A stretch of 63,992 nt of DNA, counting the filler, from Stramenopiles sp. TOSAG23-3 (Eukaryota), in the NCBI GenBank assembly GCA_900128585.1. It is 7 parts of 7 records of this genome, joined end to end, with 100 filler letters (N's around TTAATTAATTAA, not from the genome) between each part and the next. Parts side by side here need not be neighbours in the genome. Positions count along the whole stretch, not along the records: positions 27,766 to 36,892 come from LT642949.1; positions 36,993 to 46,114 come from LT642950.1; 5 more parts are not named here. One strand, given 5' to 3'. The notes beneath the pieces were generated by a model. It searched no databases. It worked only from the letters and a program-made list of their open reading frames with translations, and was not told where the DNA came from. Below, in pieces: positions 34,071 to 44,644 of this stretch (positions within the stretch are counted from its first letter, which is position 1; the number at the start of each line of letters is the position of its first letter). Both the position numbers and the translations under genes were made by a program.

Positions 34071-34976
34071 TTAGTAGTCGTCTTCCCCACTCAACCGTTC
34101 CCCGCTCATTTGCAACAAAAAATCGCAACACTCCTTTGTTGTTGCTTTGGTTACGGTAACCACACTTGGTTCGTTGTTTGGATTTGGTATGAATTCATAC
34201 TGCTTGTCAAACTCTTTCCCCCATAGAGCTCTTTCGCCCTGGTCTGCATCCTGGTTCTCGTTGCAAACTAGCCCCATAGTTTCGTCCTCATCTTTAGATC
34301 GTTTGAACGGCTCCAACGTTATGTTTGTGTCATTTTTTGTCACTGTGTCAGATATCACGATACCTTTATCTCTCAAACCTGCAACTTCTTTCCATGCATC
34401 TTCATCTTTCGCTCGCGGTGAAATAAAGCTCTTATTCAATGGATCGCGTATACAAAAATTAAATGTGCCAGAATCTAGCGTCAGCAGCTTTTCCAAAGAG
34501 GCAACAATATTTTTCTTTTCCCCAGCCTCACCATCACCGTCCGTGCCCCCAACTATATTTAACCGCTTCAATTCGCTTGCCAATCCCGCCAAACATCCTT
34601 CTACCGTCGTTATTCTTCCTCCGGATAATGACCTAACACTAAACTCAAGCTCTGGGATTATAACAGCGGCTTCATCGGATATAACAACAGACCGTTGGAG
34701 GTCCACCTCTCCCGTTACTTTCAAAGTGGTCAACATACCCAGCTTCGAGAATTCTGTTTCGCTTTTTATAGTCGCTTCGGTCTTCGCGTAATGGTACCCA
34801 CATTCGTCACATGAAAAGGACGACAAATCCATACCCCCAAACGACGGAACCGTCGCAGTATAAAATAAAGTCTTTCCGACAGCCCCGCAAGCAAGGCAAT
34901 AAACCGTGGAAGACGAACCAATTTTTTCGGCCTCACTAGTAATCTTAAGGTCCGCAACAGCAGCTATGGTTGTCAT
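34071..34976 (-). CDS. ZPR1-family zinc finger protein, single module
   Basis: CLAC...VPSFG...SFSCDECGY, DLQRSVVIS, IPELEF, ITTVEG, IRDPLNKSFI. Confidence 0.85.
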   Translation of the reverse strand: MTTIAAVADLKITSEAEKIGSSSTVYCLACGAVGKTLFYTATVPSFGGMDLSSFSCDECGYHYAKTEATIKSETEFSKLGMLTTLKVTGEVDLQRSVVISDEAAVIIPELEFSVRSLSGGRITTVEGCLAGLASELKRLNIVGGTDGDGEAGEKKNIVASLEKLLTLDSGTFNFCIRDPLNKSFISPRAKDEDAWKEVAGLRDKGIVISDTVTKNDTNITLEPFKRSKDEDETMGLVCNENQDADQGERALWGKEFDKQYEFIPNPNNEPSVVTVTKATTKECCDFLLQMSGERLSGEDDY

Positions 34977-35985
34977 TATTCCTATGGGTAATCTTCTAAT
35001 ATTGCCCTGTTGATCAGTGTGTTCCTAACCGGCAGTTTATGCCAGTGTACTGATGAACAACGCAATAAGTTTTCAAAACTGGTTATATACGATCGATAAA
35101 TTCTACAATACTTGAGTTTGGGGGATTAAAATAGTTCAATTATACTACGGTATTGCGAACTGTTTTTTTAATAACGTAATGTTATGGAACTATATATGGT
35201 ACAAAGATACACAGTAATACAAAACAACAACACGAACAACATGTGGCCGGCGGCCGCCGGCCAAAAACGCTAAAATTATTATTCCTGAGGAGGAGAGGAG
35301 GAGGAGGTGAGAGGAGGAGAGGAGGGAGGAGGGGAGATTTTAGAAAATCCCAAAAAGAATCTAACCCTAATTCTAACAATATCGAATTACATTAAATGAA
35401 TGTATGTAATACGCGACAGGCGACAGCTGGGGGGGCATTAAAATAATATGAAATATATAAATATCATTATCGCAAATTGCATTAAATAGCATTAAATAGC
35501 AAAGGCCACCTTCGGCGGATGAAACACTGTTTGAACGGCGACGTATTATGCATTTGGATAATAGTTAGTACAATACGAGGTGCTCTAATTAGTCCTATAC
35601 AGGTCATTGTTAGTCGGTCTAACAAGTACAACATTTTAAGTTTTTGCGATAAAATTCAATGAATTTTTGTACTTGTAACAATGTCCTATATAAATGCGTA
35701 GAGTGAAAATAAAAGAGAACTTTTTTTTTTGGTTAAAATTGCGGTTAAAATCGCGACCACAATACGCTAAATATTGAACTTTTAACGTAACCAATCTGTT
35801 TGTAATTTCGATTCAGCTAAATTTAACAAAATAATAGAAAACCGAGAGGGTTAAAGGATTCCTGCCGAATCTTTTTCTCCCACCACAACTTAAATCCTAA
35901 AAAACATTGGCAAGGAAAACAAGTTAGTCTCCTACCTATTTATTATCACGACCAGTGGCACACTGTTGCGTTTCCGCTGTTTGAC

Positions 35986-36672
35986 ATGACGGTCCAACAC
36001 TATGCAAAGATATTTGCCCTCTTTTATTCTTTGTGCATTGGTTGTTCTTCGGCGACGGGAAGTGGTAAAAAATGCTGCGCCGTTGCATGGCACTGTTGTG
36101 TGGAAGATGGTAGGTTTGCGTGCATTCCGCCTGGAAGTTTCTGTTTACCTGGAACTAAGGTGTTTACCAAAGGTAGAAGTTGTGGAACCGGGGGCACAGG
36201 CCGGACCTGCATGGACCCCAAGACCGACGTAGACGACCGAACGAAATCCCCCAACGGAGGCGATTGCACAGCAAAAAAACAGCCTACAAGAGGTCGTCGT
36301 GCTGGCGATGATAGGTTATGTCAAAGTGGGTGTTGTCTTCATACTACCTGTGTAGAATGCACAAAAAAGGAGACACACATGTTTACAATCCAAGTAATGC
36401 TGGTCATTGTTCTGGTTATTGGTTGTGGTATGATGATTTTGAAAAACTGTTGTGGTGGGAAATCCTCGCCGGATCTTGTTCAGCCGCCGTACCAACGAAT
36501 GGACACGGCTGCAGTTTGTTACCATCCCTCAGCTATTGTTCAAGAGCAACAACTGCCGACCATGTATACCCAGCAGTATTCAGCAGTTTCTTACCATCCC
36601 CCAGCTATTGTTCAAGAACAACAACTGCCTTCCATGTATACCCCATCTTCTTCAACAAGCGGGCATTTTTGA
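35986..36672 (+). CDS. Cys-rich type I membrane protein with a duplicated cytoplasmic Tyr/Pro/Gln repeat
   Basis: Signal-like N-terminus, paired Cys, one TM segment, and two 72-nt repeats (AVxYHPxAIVQEQQLPxMYT) at 36511 and 36583. Confidence 0.7.
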   Translation: MTVQHYAKIFALFYSLCIGCSSATGSGKKCCAVAWHCCVEDGRFACIPPGSFCLPGTKVFTKGRSCGTGGTGRTCMDPKTDVDDRTKSPNGGDCTAKKQPTRGRRAGDDRLCQSGCCLHTTCVECTKKETHMFTIQVMLVIVLVIGCGMMILKNCCGGKSSPDLVQPPYQRMDTAAVCYHPSAIVQEQQLPTMYTQQYSAVSYHPPAIVQEQQLPSMYTPSSSTSGHF

Positions 36673-36992
36673 CTAGAGTGGCGACGAGGAAGAGGATGGG
36701 GAAGATTTGCTGGACTACAGACAGTAATAACATGATGGGTGGCGTAATAATTTCACAACGTTCTTCGTAAAACGAGTGTACGCAGCAGTACTGTAAATCA
36801 GTATTCTATGGATAGATATTAACAGCCAATTTTCTTGTTTTAGATATTACGATCATTCGTTCGTTCTACCACAGGAAAAAATCTTTTCAGCGNNNNNNNN
36901 NNNNNNNNNNNNNNNNNNNNNNNNNNNNNNNNNNNNTTAATTAATTAANNNNNNNNNNNNNNNNNNNNNNNNNNNNNNNNNNNNNNNNNNNN

Positions 36993-37994
36993 TCACAAGA
37001 CGGCAATACAAGTATAGAAGTGGTTGAGGGCGTGCAATATGAAAAAGGCTTTACTAATAATCATTTTGTGACTAATCACGCGAGCAATACTGCGGAATTG
37101 AATAATCCTAAAATATTATTAGTTGATTCAGCGGTAGATACGATTAGACAAATACAAACTATATTAGAGCATGTTATAAAAAATAACTTAGCTTTACTTA
37201 TAGTTGGGGATGTTGATCCTAAAGTTGCTGCAGCACTTGCAATGAACAAAAATAAAGGTTCTATAAAAGTCAATATAGTTCCAGCACCTACACATGGGGT
37301 TAATAGAAAAGAAATATTTGATGATTTAGCTTTATTAACAGGAGCAACTGTAGTAAGCGAAAATCTAGGTGATGATTTAGATTTAATTGATTTAGATTGC
37401 TTAGGCACTTGCATTAAAGCAGTATCAACATTTAAAGATACCGTTTTTCAAGTAGCAGAAGAACAATCAGAAGATATTAAATTAATTATTGAAAGTATAA
37501 AAGAACAATTGCTTATAGAAAGCAATCCCAACAAAATAGTTAAGCTTGAAAAAAGATTAGCTATGCTAGCTGCAAAACTTGCAATAGTAAAAGTTGGAGG
37601 TAATTCTGAGGTTGAATTAAATGAAAAGAAAGATAGAGTTGAAGATGCAATATGCGCAACTAAAGCTGCTATAAAAGAAGGTGTGGTTGCCGGTGGCGGA
37701 GTTGCACTAATTAATGCAATCAGAAGTATAAAACCAAAGTCATCTAGTGAAGAGCTAGTTATTGAAGCTTTGTATTACCCTTGCAAAACAATTATGAAAA
37801 ATGCGGGATTAGAATATGAACCTATAAATAAAAAAGATTTTGGTGTTAATGTTGAAACTGGAAAAACAGTAAATATGTTTAAAGCAGGTATTATAGATCC
37901 TGTACTAGTTACCAAGTCGGCATTAAAAAATGCTGCCTCAGTTGCTTCGACTATATTGTCTACCAACTGTGTTATGTCTAACGTAAGAGGATAA
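36993..37994 (+). CDS. groEL: chaperonin GroEL, phage-type, 5' partial
   Basis: VEGVQYEKGF, KVGGNSEVELNEKKDRVEDAICATKAAIKEGVVAGGG, GIIDPVLVTKSALKNAASVA. No GGM tail; frame open to the contig edge. Confidence 0.95.
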   Translation, partial: SQDGNTSIEVVEGVQYEKGFTNNHFVTNHASNTAELNNPKILLVDSAVDTIRQIQTILEHVIKNNLALLIVGDVDPKVAAALAMNKNKGSIKVNIVPAPTHGVNRKEIFDDLALLTGATVVSENLGDDLDLIDLDCLGTCIKAVSTFKDTVFQVAEEQSEDIKLIIESIKEQLLIESNPNKIVKLEKRLAMLAAKLAIVKVGGNSEVELNEKKDRVEDAICATKAAIKEGVVAGGGVALINAIRSIKPKSSSEELVIEALYYPCKTIMKNAGLEYEPINKKDFGVNVETGKTVNMFKAGIIDPVLVTKSALKNAASVASTILSTNCVMSNVRG

Positions 37995-37995
37995 T

Positions 37996-38256
37996 ATGAA
38001 CGCAATAGGTAGAAACATAATAATAAAAAAATTAAAAGAAGGTGTTACTAAAACTAAAGGTGGATTGCTTTTAGCTGAAAATCACCGAGAAGATATAAGA
38101 TACGTAGAAGCTACAGTAGTGTCTACTGGATCTGAATGCGCGGGAATAAATAAAGATGATGTGATATATTACGATCGTCATGCCGGTCACAAAATAGAGC
38201 TAGATAAGGAAACCTATCATGTTATTAAAGCACAAGATGTAGTATTTGTTTTATGA
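37996..38256 (+). CDS. groES: co-chaperonin GroES, phage-type
   Basis: 86 aa with the mobile loop KTKGGLLL, ATVVSTG and VIKAQDV, directly downstream of groEL. Confidence 0.9.
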   Translation: MNAIGRNIIIKKLKEGVTKTKGGLLLAENHREDIRYVEATVVSTGSECAGINKDDVIYYDRHAGHKIELDKETYHVIKAQDVVFVL

Positions 38257-38699
38257 GAGAGTTAACGGGTCAAGAACTAAAAGAGATAGGACTGTTAAAA
38301 CATTATAGAGTAATACGAAGATGGGCTTGTAAAAAAACAGGTTTGACCGATGCTGATTTAGAGCTTTTAATATATTTCGATTGTTTAGGTAAGTTTACAA
38401 GAAAAGATTTTGAAGATGGTATACTTATTTATTCTTGGGATAATAGAAGATGGAATAGGTTGCTTAAAGAAGGCTGGATAGTTAAATGGAGAGGATACAA
38501 CGGAGCTGATAAAACTTATAGTATATACGAAATTAGTTTTAGAACAAAAAATATAATACAACAGATTTATAGGATAATGCTCGGCAAGGAAGATATACCA
38601 ACTTCTAAAAGACGCAATCCAGCAATGAAACGAATTTCTTACAGTGATAAAACTTTAGCCACTGCTATAGAAAAAATTAATAAAGATAAAACAAGATAA
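38253..38699 (+). CDS. phage hypothetical protein, possibly winged helix
   Basis: ATGA overlap with groES. GLTDADLELLIY...RLLKEGWIVK resembles a MarR-like pattern. Confidence 0.7.
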   Translation: MRELTGQELKEIGLLKHYRVIRRWACKKTGLTDADLELLIYFDCLGKFTRKDFEDGILIYSWDNRRWNRLLKEGWIVKWRGYNGADKTYSIYEISFRTKNIIQQIYRIMLGKEDIPTSKRRNPAMKRISYSDKTLATAIEKINKDKTR

Positions 38700-38701
38700 T
38701 T

Positions 38702-38992
38702 ATGGCAGGAATAGTATCAGGATTTGGAGCAATGGGAAGCGCTTTTGCGGATAACCCAGCAATAAAAGCTTTAGCCCAAGCTCAAGCACGTAAACAAGAA
38801 ATGCAAGGTGAAGTTGCGGGTAATGCAATGGATTCAAATGCATCAGATTTAGAGGCTAGAGTAGCTGCTTTAGAAGGTGGGGGTGCTCCCTCTTCAATGA
38901 GACCAGAAGCTATTGCCGCAGGGGAAGTTATATACGGCTCTCAAGACGCAAGAAATAGATCTATTGATCCTAATATATTTAACAGAAGATAA
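38702..38992 (+). CDS. phage hypothetical protein
   Basis: Operon-like spacing; LEARVAALE coiled-coil motif. Confidence 0.7.
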   Translation: MAGIVSGFGAMGSAFADNPAIKALAQAQARKQEMQGEVAGNAMDSNASDLEARVAALEGGGAPSSMRPEAIAAGEVIYGSQDARNRSIDPNIFNRR

Positions 38993-39029
38993 TTAATAAA
39001 CGATATGGAATATACAAAAAAAACAAACC

Positions 39030-42000
39030 CTACTCCTCCGGGTAAAAACTCTTGCCATCTACGACTTTACTGAATTCACTAAAATCCCACTCAGCGCCTT
39101 TAGAGGACATCATGTCTCCATTTTTAGCAAACTCCTCAGCAGTTAGTTTACCAGTTTTGCCATTTGGCATTGTATATAATACATTGCTATTTGTTCTAGC
39201 TAATGTGTCGTCAAAATCAAGCACACTAATACCTTTTCTTTTAGTATCAGGAGTACGCTTCATTGACTGCGCAAAACCTTCGTTAGCGTTTTCAGCTTTA
39301 ACTTGGTTTTCTTGCTCAACACGAGCAGCTTCTGCATCAAACTCATAAAGAGGTAGTGTTGCTAAAAGAGCTTTTTCAATAGGAGTGTACTTCTGTTCTT
39401 TAGTACCAACTTTTAATTTAGGATCAGCTTCCTTAGGTATAACATCTACCTTTTGGTTTTTAACATATTCTCTAAATTGATTAGGTGACATTTTGCCATT
39501 AACAACATCTAATAGTCTGTTCTGCAGTAACTTAACGGAATCGACATGCTCTAAAATAGAATCTCCTGTTAACTTTATTTTTTTACCTTTTACATTAAAA
39601 ACAACAGTGCCTTTATCAAACTTATAAACTTTACCTAATGTGGATAATTTTCTAATAGGGGTTAATTGACCTTGAGCCATAGTGTGAATATCTGCTATAG
39701 CTCTTAGCGTTTGCCCTGATTCCACAAGCTCTTTTATATGAGCTAAAATAATTTCAACATATCTATTAGAATCTTCTATAGTCTGTAAGCCTACTGCATC
39801 TATACTACCTTTATCTAATTCCTCACGCTTGTGTTCTTTCTTTATTTTAGTAACACTCAATGGCGATGACACAGGCCCGGTTATGGTCACGTTTTCCCCT
39901 TTGTCATTTTTCACTTCTTTTGTTACGTCTATATAAAACCTTTTCCCTAGCTCGCCTTTTTTATTACGAGATTGTCGTAAGGTAAAACCTAACTCTATTA
40001 GTTTCTTCTCCCCCCCTTCTATATTGTCAGATACAAGTTCCCAAAGCAATTGGTTATTCATAGCTCCTTTATACTTCTTGTTTTTTATTGATCTAGCATA
40101 CAAAACAAAAAACTTTTCTAGCGTAGGTGTGTCAGGCTTGTTTGTTGATATTTCCTCTATAGCTTTATTAAAGCTAAGATCCTCTTTTACATAATTAAAA
40201 AACTTACCCCATCGGAAGTCGTAAGCCTTAGCAACTTCCGCAAGACTCTCAGGAGCATTTTTTTCAAGCCAAGTACGAACATCATAATTAAATATACCAG
40301 CTAGGTGATCACCCACCATTCCTTTTACTTCATTGTGTATATGATCTATTTGATTTATATAACTAGCTTTTGGATTGTTTTTATTGTATTTATTTAATAA
40401 AGCCTGAAGCTCGGGATTAGTTACCTGCATAGGTTTTGCAGAACGCTTCAGCGACATCATTAAATCATTCTTACCTGCTGCAATATCTTGCACAGTCATA
40501 GGATCTAATCCCATATTAGAATTTCTACTGATATCGTTGGTAATCATTCTATTCATTAACTTAATAACTCCTAGTAATGTTTGACCTTCTGGTGTTCTAC
40601 CGCTTACGTTAGCTAATTTACTAATTTCTCCGTCAGGGTTAACAAATCCACCCATAGCAGCTAACACGTCTTTGTACGCTACTTTACTTACTCTAGCTTT
40701 CATGTTACCCATACCTGTAGTTCCTCTTTCAAGTCCCGAGTATGTTAACTTAACCAAGTTTTTAGGTACGCCTGTAGCTTTACCTGAGTATCTACCTCTT
40801 GTTCTATCAGCATAACGATAATCGTCAGCAGATAGTTTCGGTAGAAACTTAAATAAAGTTTGTAATATATTCTGATCAGCAAATCTTTCAAATGATTTAC
40901 CCTCGTTTCTTAATCTGTTTTCAAGTTCCCCTGCAAATTCAGGAGCCACACGTATTTCTTTACCTTCAACTTTAAAGACCGCATAAGGCTTTGTAATTCC
41001 TTTTAAAGCATTTGTGTAATCCTCTTTGTTTAAGTTTCCTGAACGAGCCGTAAGGACGTTTTCGGATATGTTTAACATATCTGCAACGATGTTATCGATC
41101 AAACTTGGTAGCTTTTTGAAGTTTTCTATAGGTGAATTACCTATGTTATCCTTCCAAAATTCAGCAACCTGTTCCATAGCTTGAGCCATACGTCCTGAAT
41201 CCCCTAATAAAGATGATACTCTGAACATACCGTCAACATCCATTTCTACAGGGCTATCATCAAACGCTTTATCCCAATCACCGTAATCCCCTACTTTATT
41301 TTCATCTATAGCTCCAGCAATACCTTGCTTACTATCAGCTACACCTAAATCGGTAGCTAAAGTTAATAGTCTTAAACCTCCACGATTGAATAGAATATCT
41401 TCAACATCGTTTACGGTTTTCTCACCTGCTCTATTTACAGTGTTCTTTTTAAATTCGTTTATAACGATGTTCAATAACCTAGCTTCAGCCGCGCTCTTGT
41501 ATACATCTCTACCTCCAATAACATTAGCTGCTTCTTTAGGTATTTTATCATAAAGTAACTTAGTAAAAAACGTTACAGCTTTACCCATAGGTTTTTCTAA
41601 CCTATCCTGTATCTCGGCTTCTAGTCTTCGTAGCTCTACAGGTTTATCTAATCTTATAGGATTAGCTTTAGCTTGTAATACTGCATTAGCTTGCTCTGTT
41701 CTGGTCATTTCTGTTTCAGGCGTAGCTCTAATTGCAGCAATCTTCTCATTGTTTAGTTTTTTCTCTTTAGCAATTAACTCCTTGTTCATTGCTTGAGCTT
41801 TTTCTATTAATGGCTCAACCTTAGCTTTAGCTTGATCCGTAAGAGTGTATCGTTTAGTAGAACGATCTTTCTTTTCTCGTACAGGTTTTGCAACAGATTT
41901 ATCTTCTGTCTTAACTTCAATAGGTGCTTCCATGCCTTCGTCAAAACGAGTCTTAGCAGCTTCTACTTCTTTAAGCGCTTTTTCCACTTCCTCTAACAAG

Positions 42001-44618
42001 AAATCATTATCAGGAGCGTCTTCCCAGGCTTCAAGAGCGTCCTCGTAAGCTGCATCAGCTTCTTCTAAGGTCATAGGACCGCTAGGCTTGGCTTTAGTGC
42101 TTGTTCTTTTGTTTTGAGTTGCCTCTGTTTCTTTAAGCTCGTTTATCTGCTGGTTTATACCTTGTAGCTCGTTGTCTTTGGTCTCAGGATCCATATACGG
42201 ATCATCTTCTGTAGCCTCTTTTCTGTCGAGCAACTTCCTCATCTTAGGGCTCATGGACTCCTTAACAGTTTCTTTTTTCTTTTTTGTTTTGCTATCAGTA
42301 ATAAGTTTACCTTTAGCGCCATCCCGTAAAGTTTTCTTTTGTCCTCTAGTGAGCTTACCTTTACGCATAGACCTGTTGTAATCTTTTATAAAGTTTAGTA
42401 CGTCTTGATCGGTATTAAACTCAGCTTTAACTCCAAGAGCACTTAACATTCTTCTTGCGAGTTCTTTAAGGCGGGCTATAATGCCTGGGTTATTTTTAAC
42501 ATCAAACTCTCCGTCAAGCATAGCTTCACTAAGCACTACTAATTTTTCTTCAAAAAAGGCTGCTTCTGATATTTCTTCTTTTTCAAAAGCCTCTTTATAA
42601 CCTTCTATTCTTTTTTCATAACCTTTTTTGTTTCCTGTTAAATTAGGACTTTTTAGTATATTGTCTATAGAGTTAGATAGTTCTTTAATACTAGCATCCT
42701 TGTTGGCACTATTGAACATAGTGTTTAAAGTATAATGCAAAAACTCATGAGCTCCCGTATTAATTACAGCATCTGTAAATATTTGGTCTTTATTAAGAAC
42801 TATTTGACTTTTGTTATTTTTGTCAGTATATATAAAACCATAAGCTGTAGATTCTTTAGGTTTTCCCGCAAGTTCAGATCTTATTTTATTAGCTCCCTCT
42901 TGATCTACTTCGGTTATTTCTACATCAAAATCTTTAGCAACTTTTTTAAGTTTTTCAACAGCAACTTTTTCTTTTGTGCTAGCTTGTTCCCTAACAGAAA
43001 TACCTTGCAATTCCGCTATTTGTTTGTTTAAAGCATTTACCTCATCTTTAAGGGGGGTGCTAAGAGCATCGTCGTTTATTTCTTTTATTTGTTTATTTAA
43101 TTTATTTTTCTTAGCAAGATTTTCAACAATTTCCGGTTGGTAAGTTTGTTTTATATTAGCAGCTTTAGCTTGTTTAGTAGCTGTTTCTATCTCTTTAAAG
43201 TTACTAACTATATCGTTTGCTTCCTCTCGTGTTATTTTGCCTTCTCTTAACTCTTTCTTAGCTTTATTTTCTATTATACCCAAAGCTCCTCTAATTTCAA
43301 CAAGATCTACTATACTTTGATCAACTCCTGTTTCTAGATCAAAAGAGTCTTTCAAACTATCAAATTCAGATTGGTCAAGCCTTTTGTTTACTTTATTGGT
43401 TTGCACAGTGTTAACCATAACGCTACTCGCAGCTCCAGCTCCTGTCATTTTTCCTCCCATGAAAGCTCCAACTAAAGCAGCCTCTCCAACTCTTTTGACA
43501 CCTTCCAAAACACCTGTTTCTTTACCAAGATATATATTTTCTGCTATTACATTTATTACTTCGGTCATACCTTCAGAACCGCCTTCCATACCAGCATCTT
43601 TCATTATTCCTCCTACTACATCCTTAACGCTTTTATCTATAAACCTTTTGCTTTTTCCGGTTAATGATTTAAACATACCTTTAGCAATTCCACGAGTAAC
43701 TGTTTCTAAAACTCCTTCAGCAGCTCCTTTAGTTCCGGCGTAAAGCATTGTCTTTAGATTTATATCCTTACCTTCTTCCTGCGCTTCTGCTGAAGCCTCT
43801 GCCGCGGCACCTGCTGCTATAGAGGCTATACCTATGTAAGGAAACAACGACTGCGCAACAGATGGTGCTGACTGTAAAGCGCTAGAACTAGCTCTTTGCA
43901 AGCCCCTAATGATATTACCTTGTCCTAAGTCTTCCAATATAGTAGTATCAAACTGCTCCATTTTAGATCGCAGTTCTTTTTCAGCTATCTTAGCTTCTTA
44001 GTAATATTCTAAACCTGATTGAGCGATTGAGCCTAGCGGATTGGATGCGTTAGCCTGAGCATTAAGTATTGCTTGTTTTACTTTAGGATCAAGACTGCTC
44101 ATCATTTCTTTATCCTCATCAGATAAAAATAAATTACCTACTGTACTATAAGCTAATTCGTTAAGAAAAGTAGAAACTCTAGCTTGTCCCCCTAATGCTG
44201 CCGTCCCTGAAGCAACTAAACCTGTCCAAGTATCACCAAAATAATTGTCCATGGTTTTAATCTCGTCGTCGGCTTCTTCTTGCTTTTTAGAGTAAGCATC
44301 AAACTCTTCTTTAGTTACTTCCCTTCCGCCTATATTAAATGTTTCAACAGGAGGTAAATCCAAAGAACCATCTTCCGATGCTGATTCCGTATCTTGTGCT
44401 GGTTGTGGACCTGATACTACATCCGCACCCTTTGCAGCATCTTGACGAAAATCCGGATTAAGGATTGTATCATCAGCGGTTATTTCGTTATTATCTTGGC
44501 TAGCCCCGTCACTGATTAATTGCACGCTAACCCCAGGACCCAAAGCGGCTATATAAGCATTAGCTTCTTCTTGAGATCCAAAAGTTTCTTCAATTCCTTC
44601 TATTAAGTATTTAATCAT
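39030..44618 (-). CDS. giant phage protein (putative virion/ejection or polyvalent protein) with HExxH and HAD-like DxDxT motifs, one internal TAA at 43998-44000 and probable 3' truncation
   Basis: ORFs 43998..44618 and 39030..43961 share a frame, with 12 open codons between them. AHEFLH at about 42735-42752; ISVLDFDDTL at about 39201-39230. Confidence 0.75.
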
Positions 44619-44644
44619 TTTTTACTAAATTTAATATTTTATTT

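Noticed and set aside
35041..35095. CTGATGA as a hammerhead ribozyme or C/D snoRNA core
   Set aside because: No properly placed GAAA or stems, and no D box that I could support.
36993..38256. GroEL/GroES as nuclear-encoded mitochondrial Hsp60/Hsp10
   Set aside because: Operon-like packing, AT-rich codons, strong divergence and phage-like neighbours argue against it.
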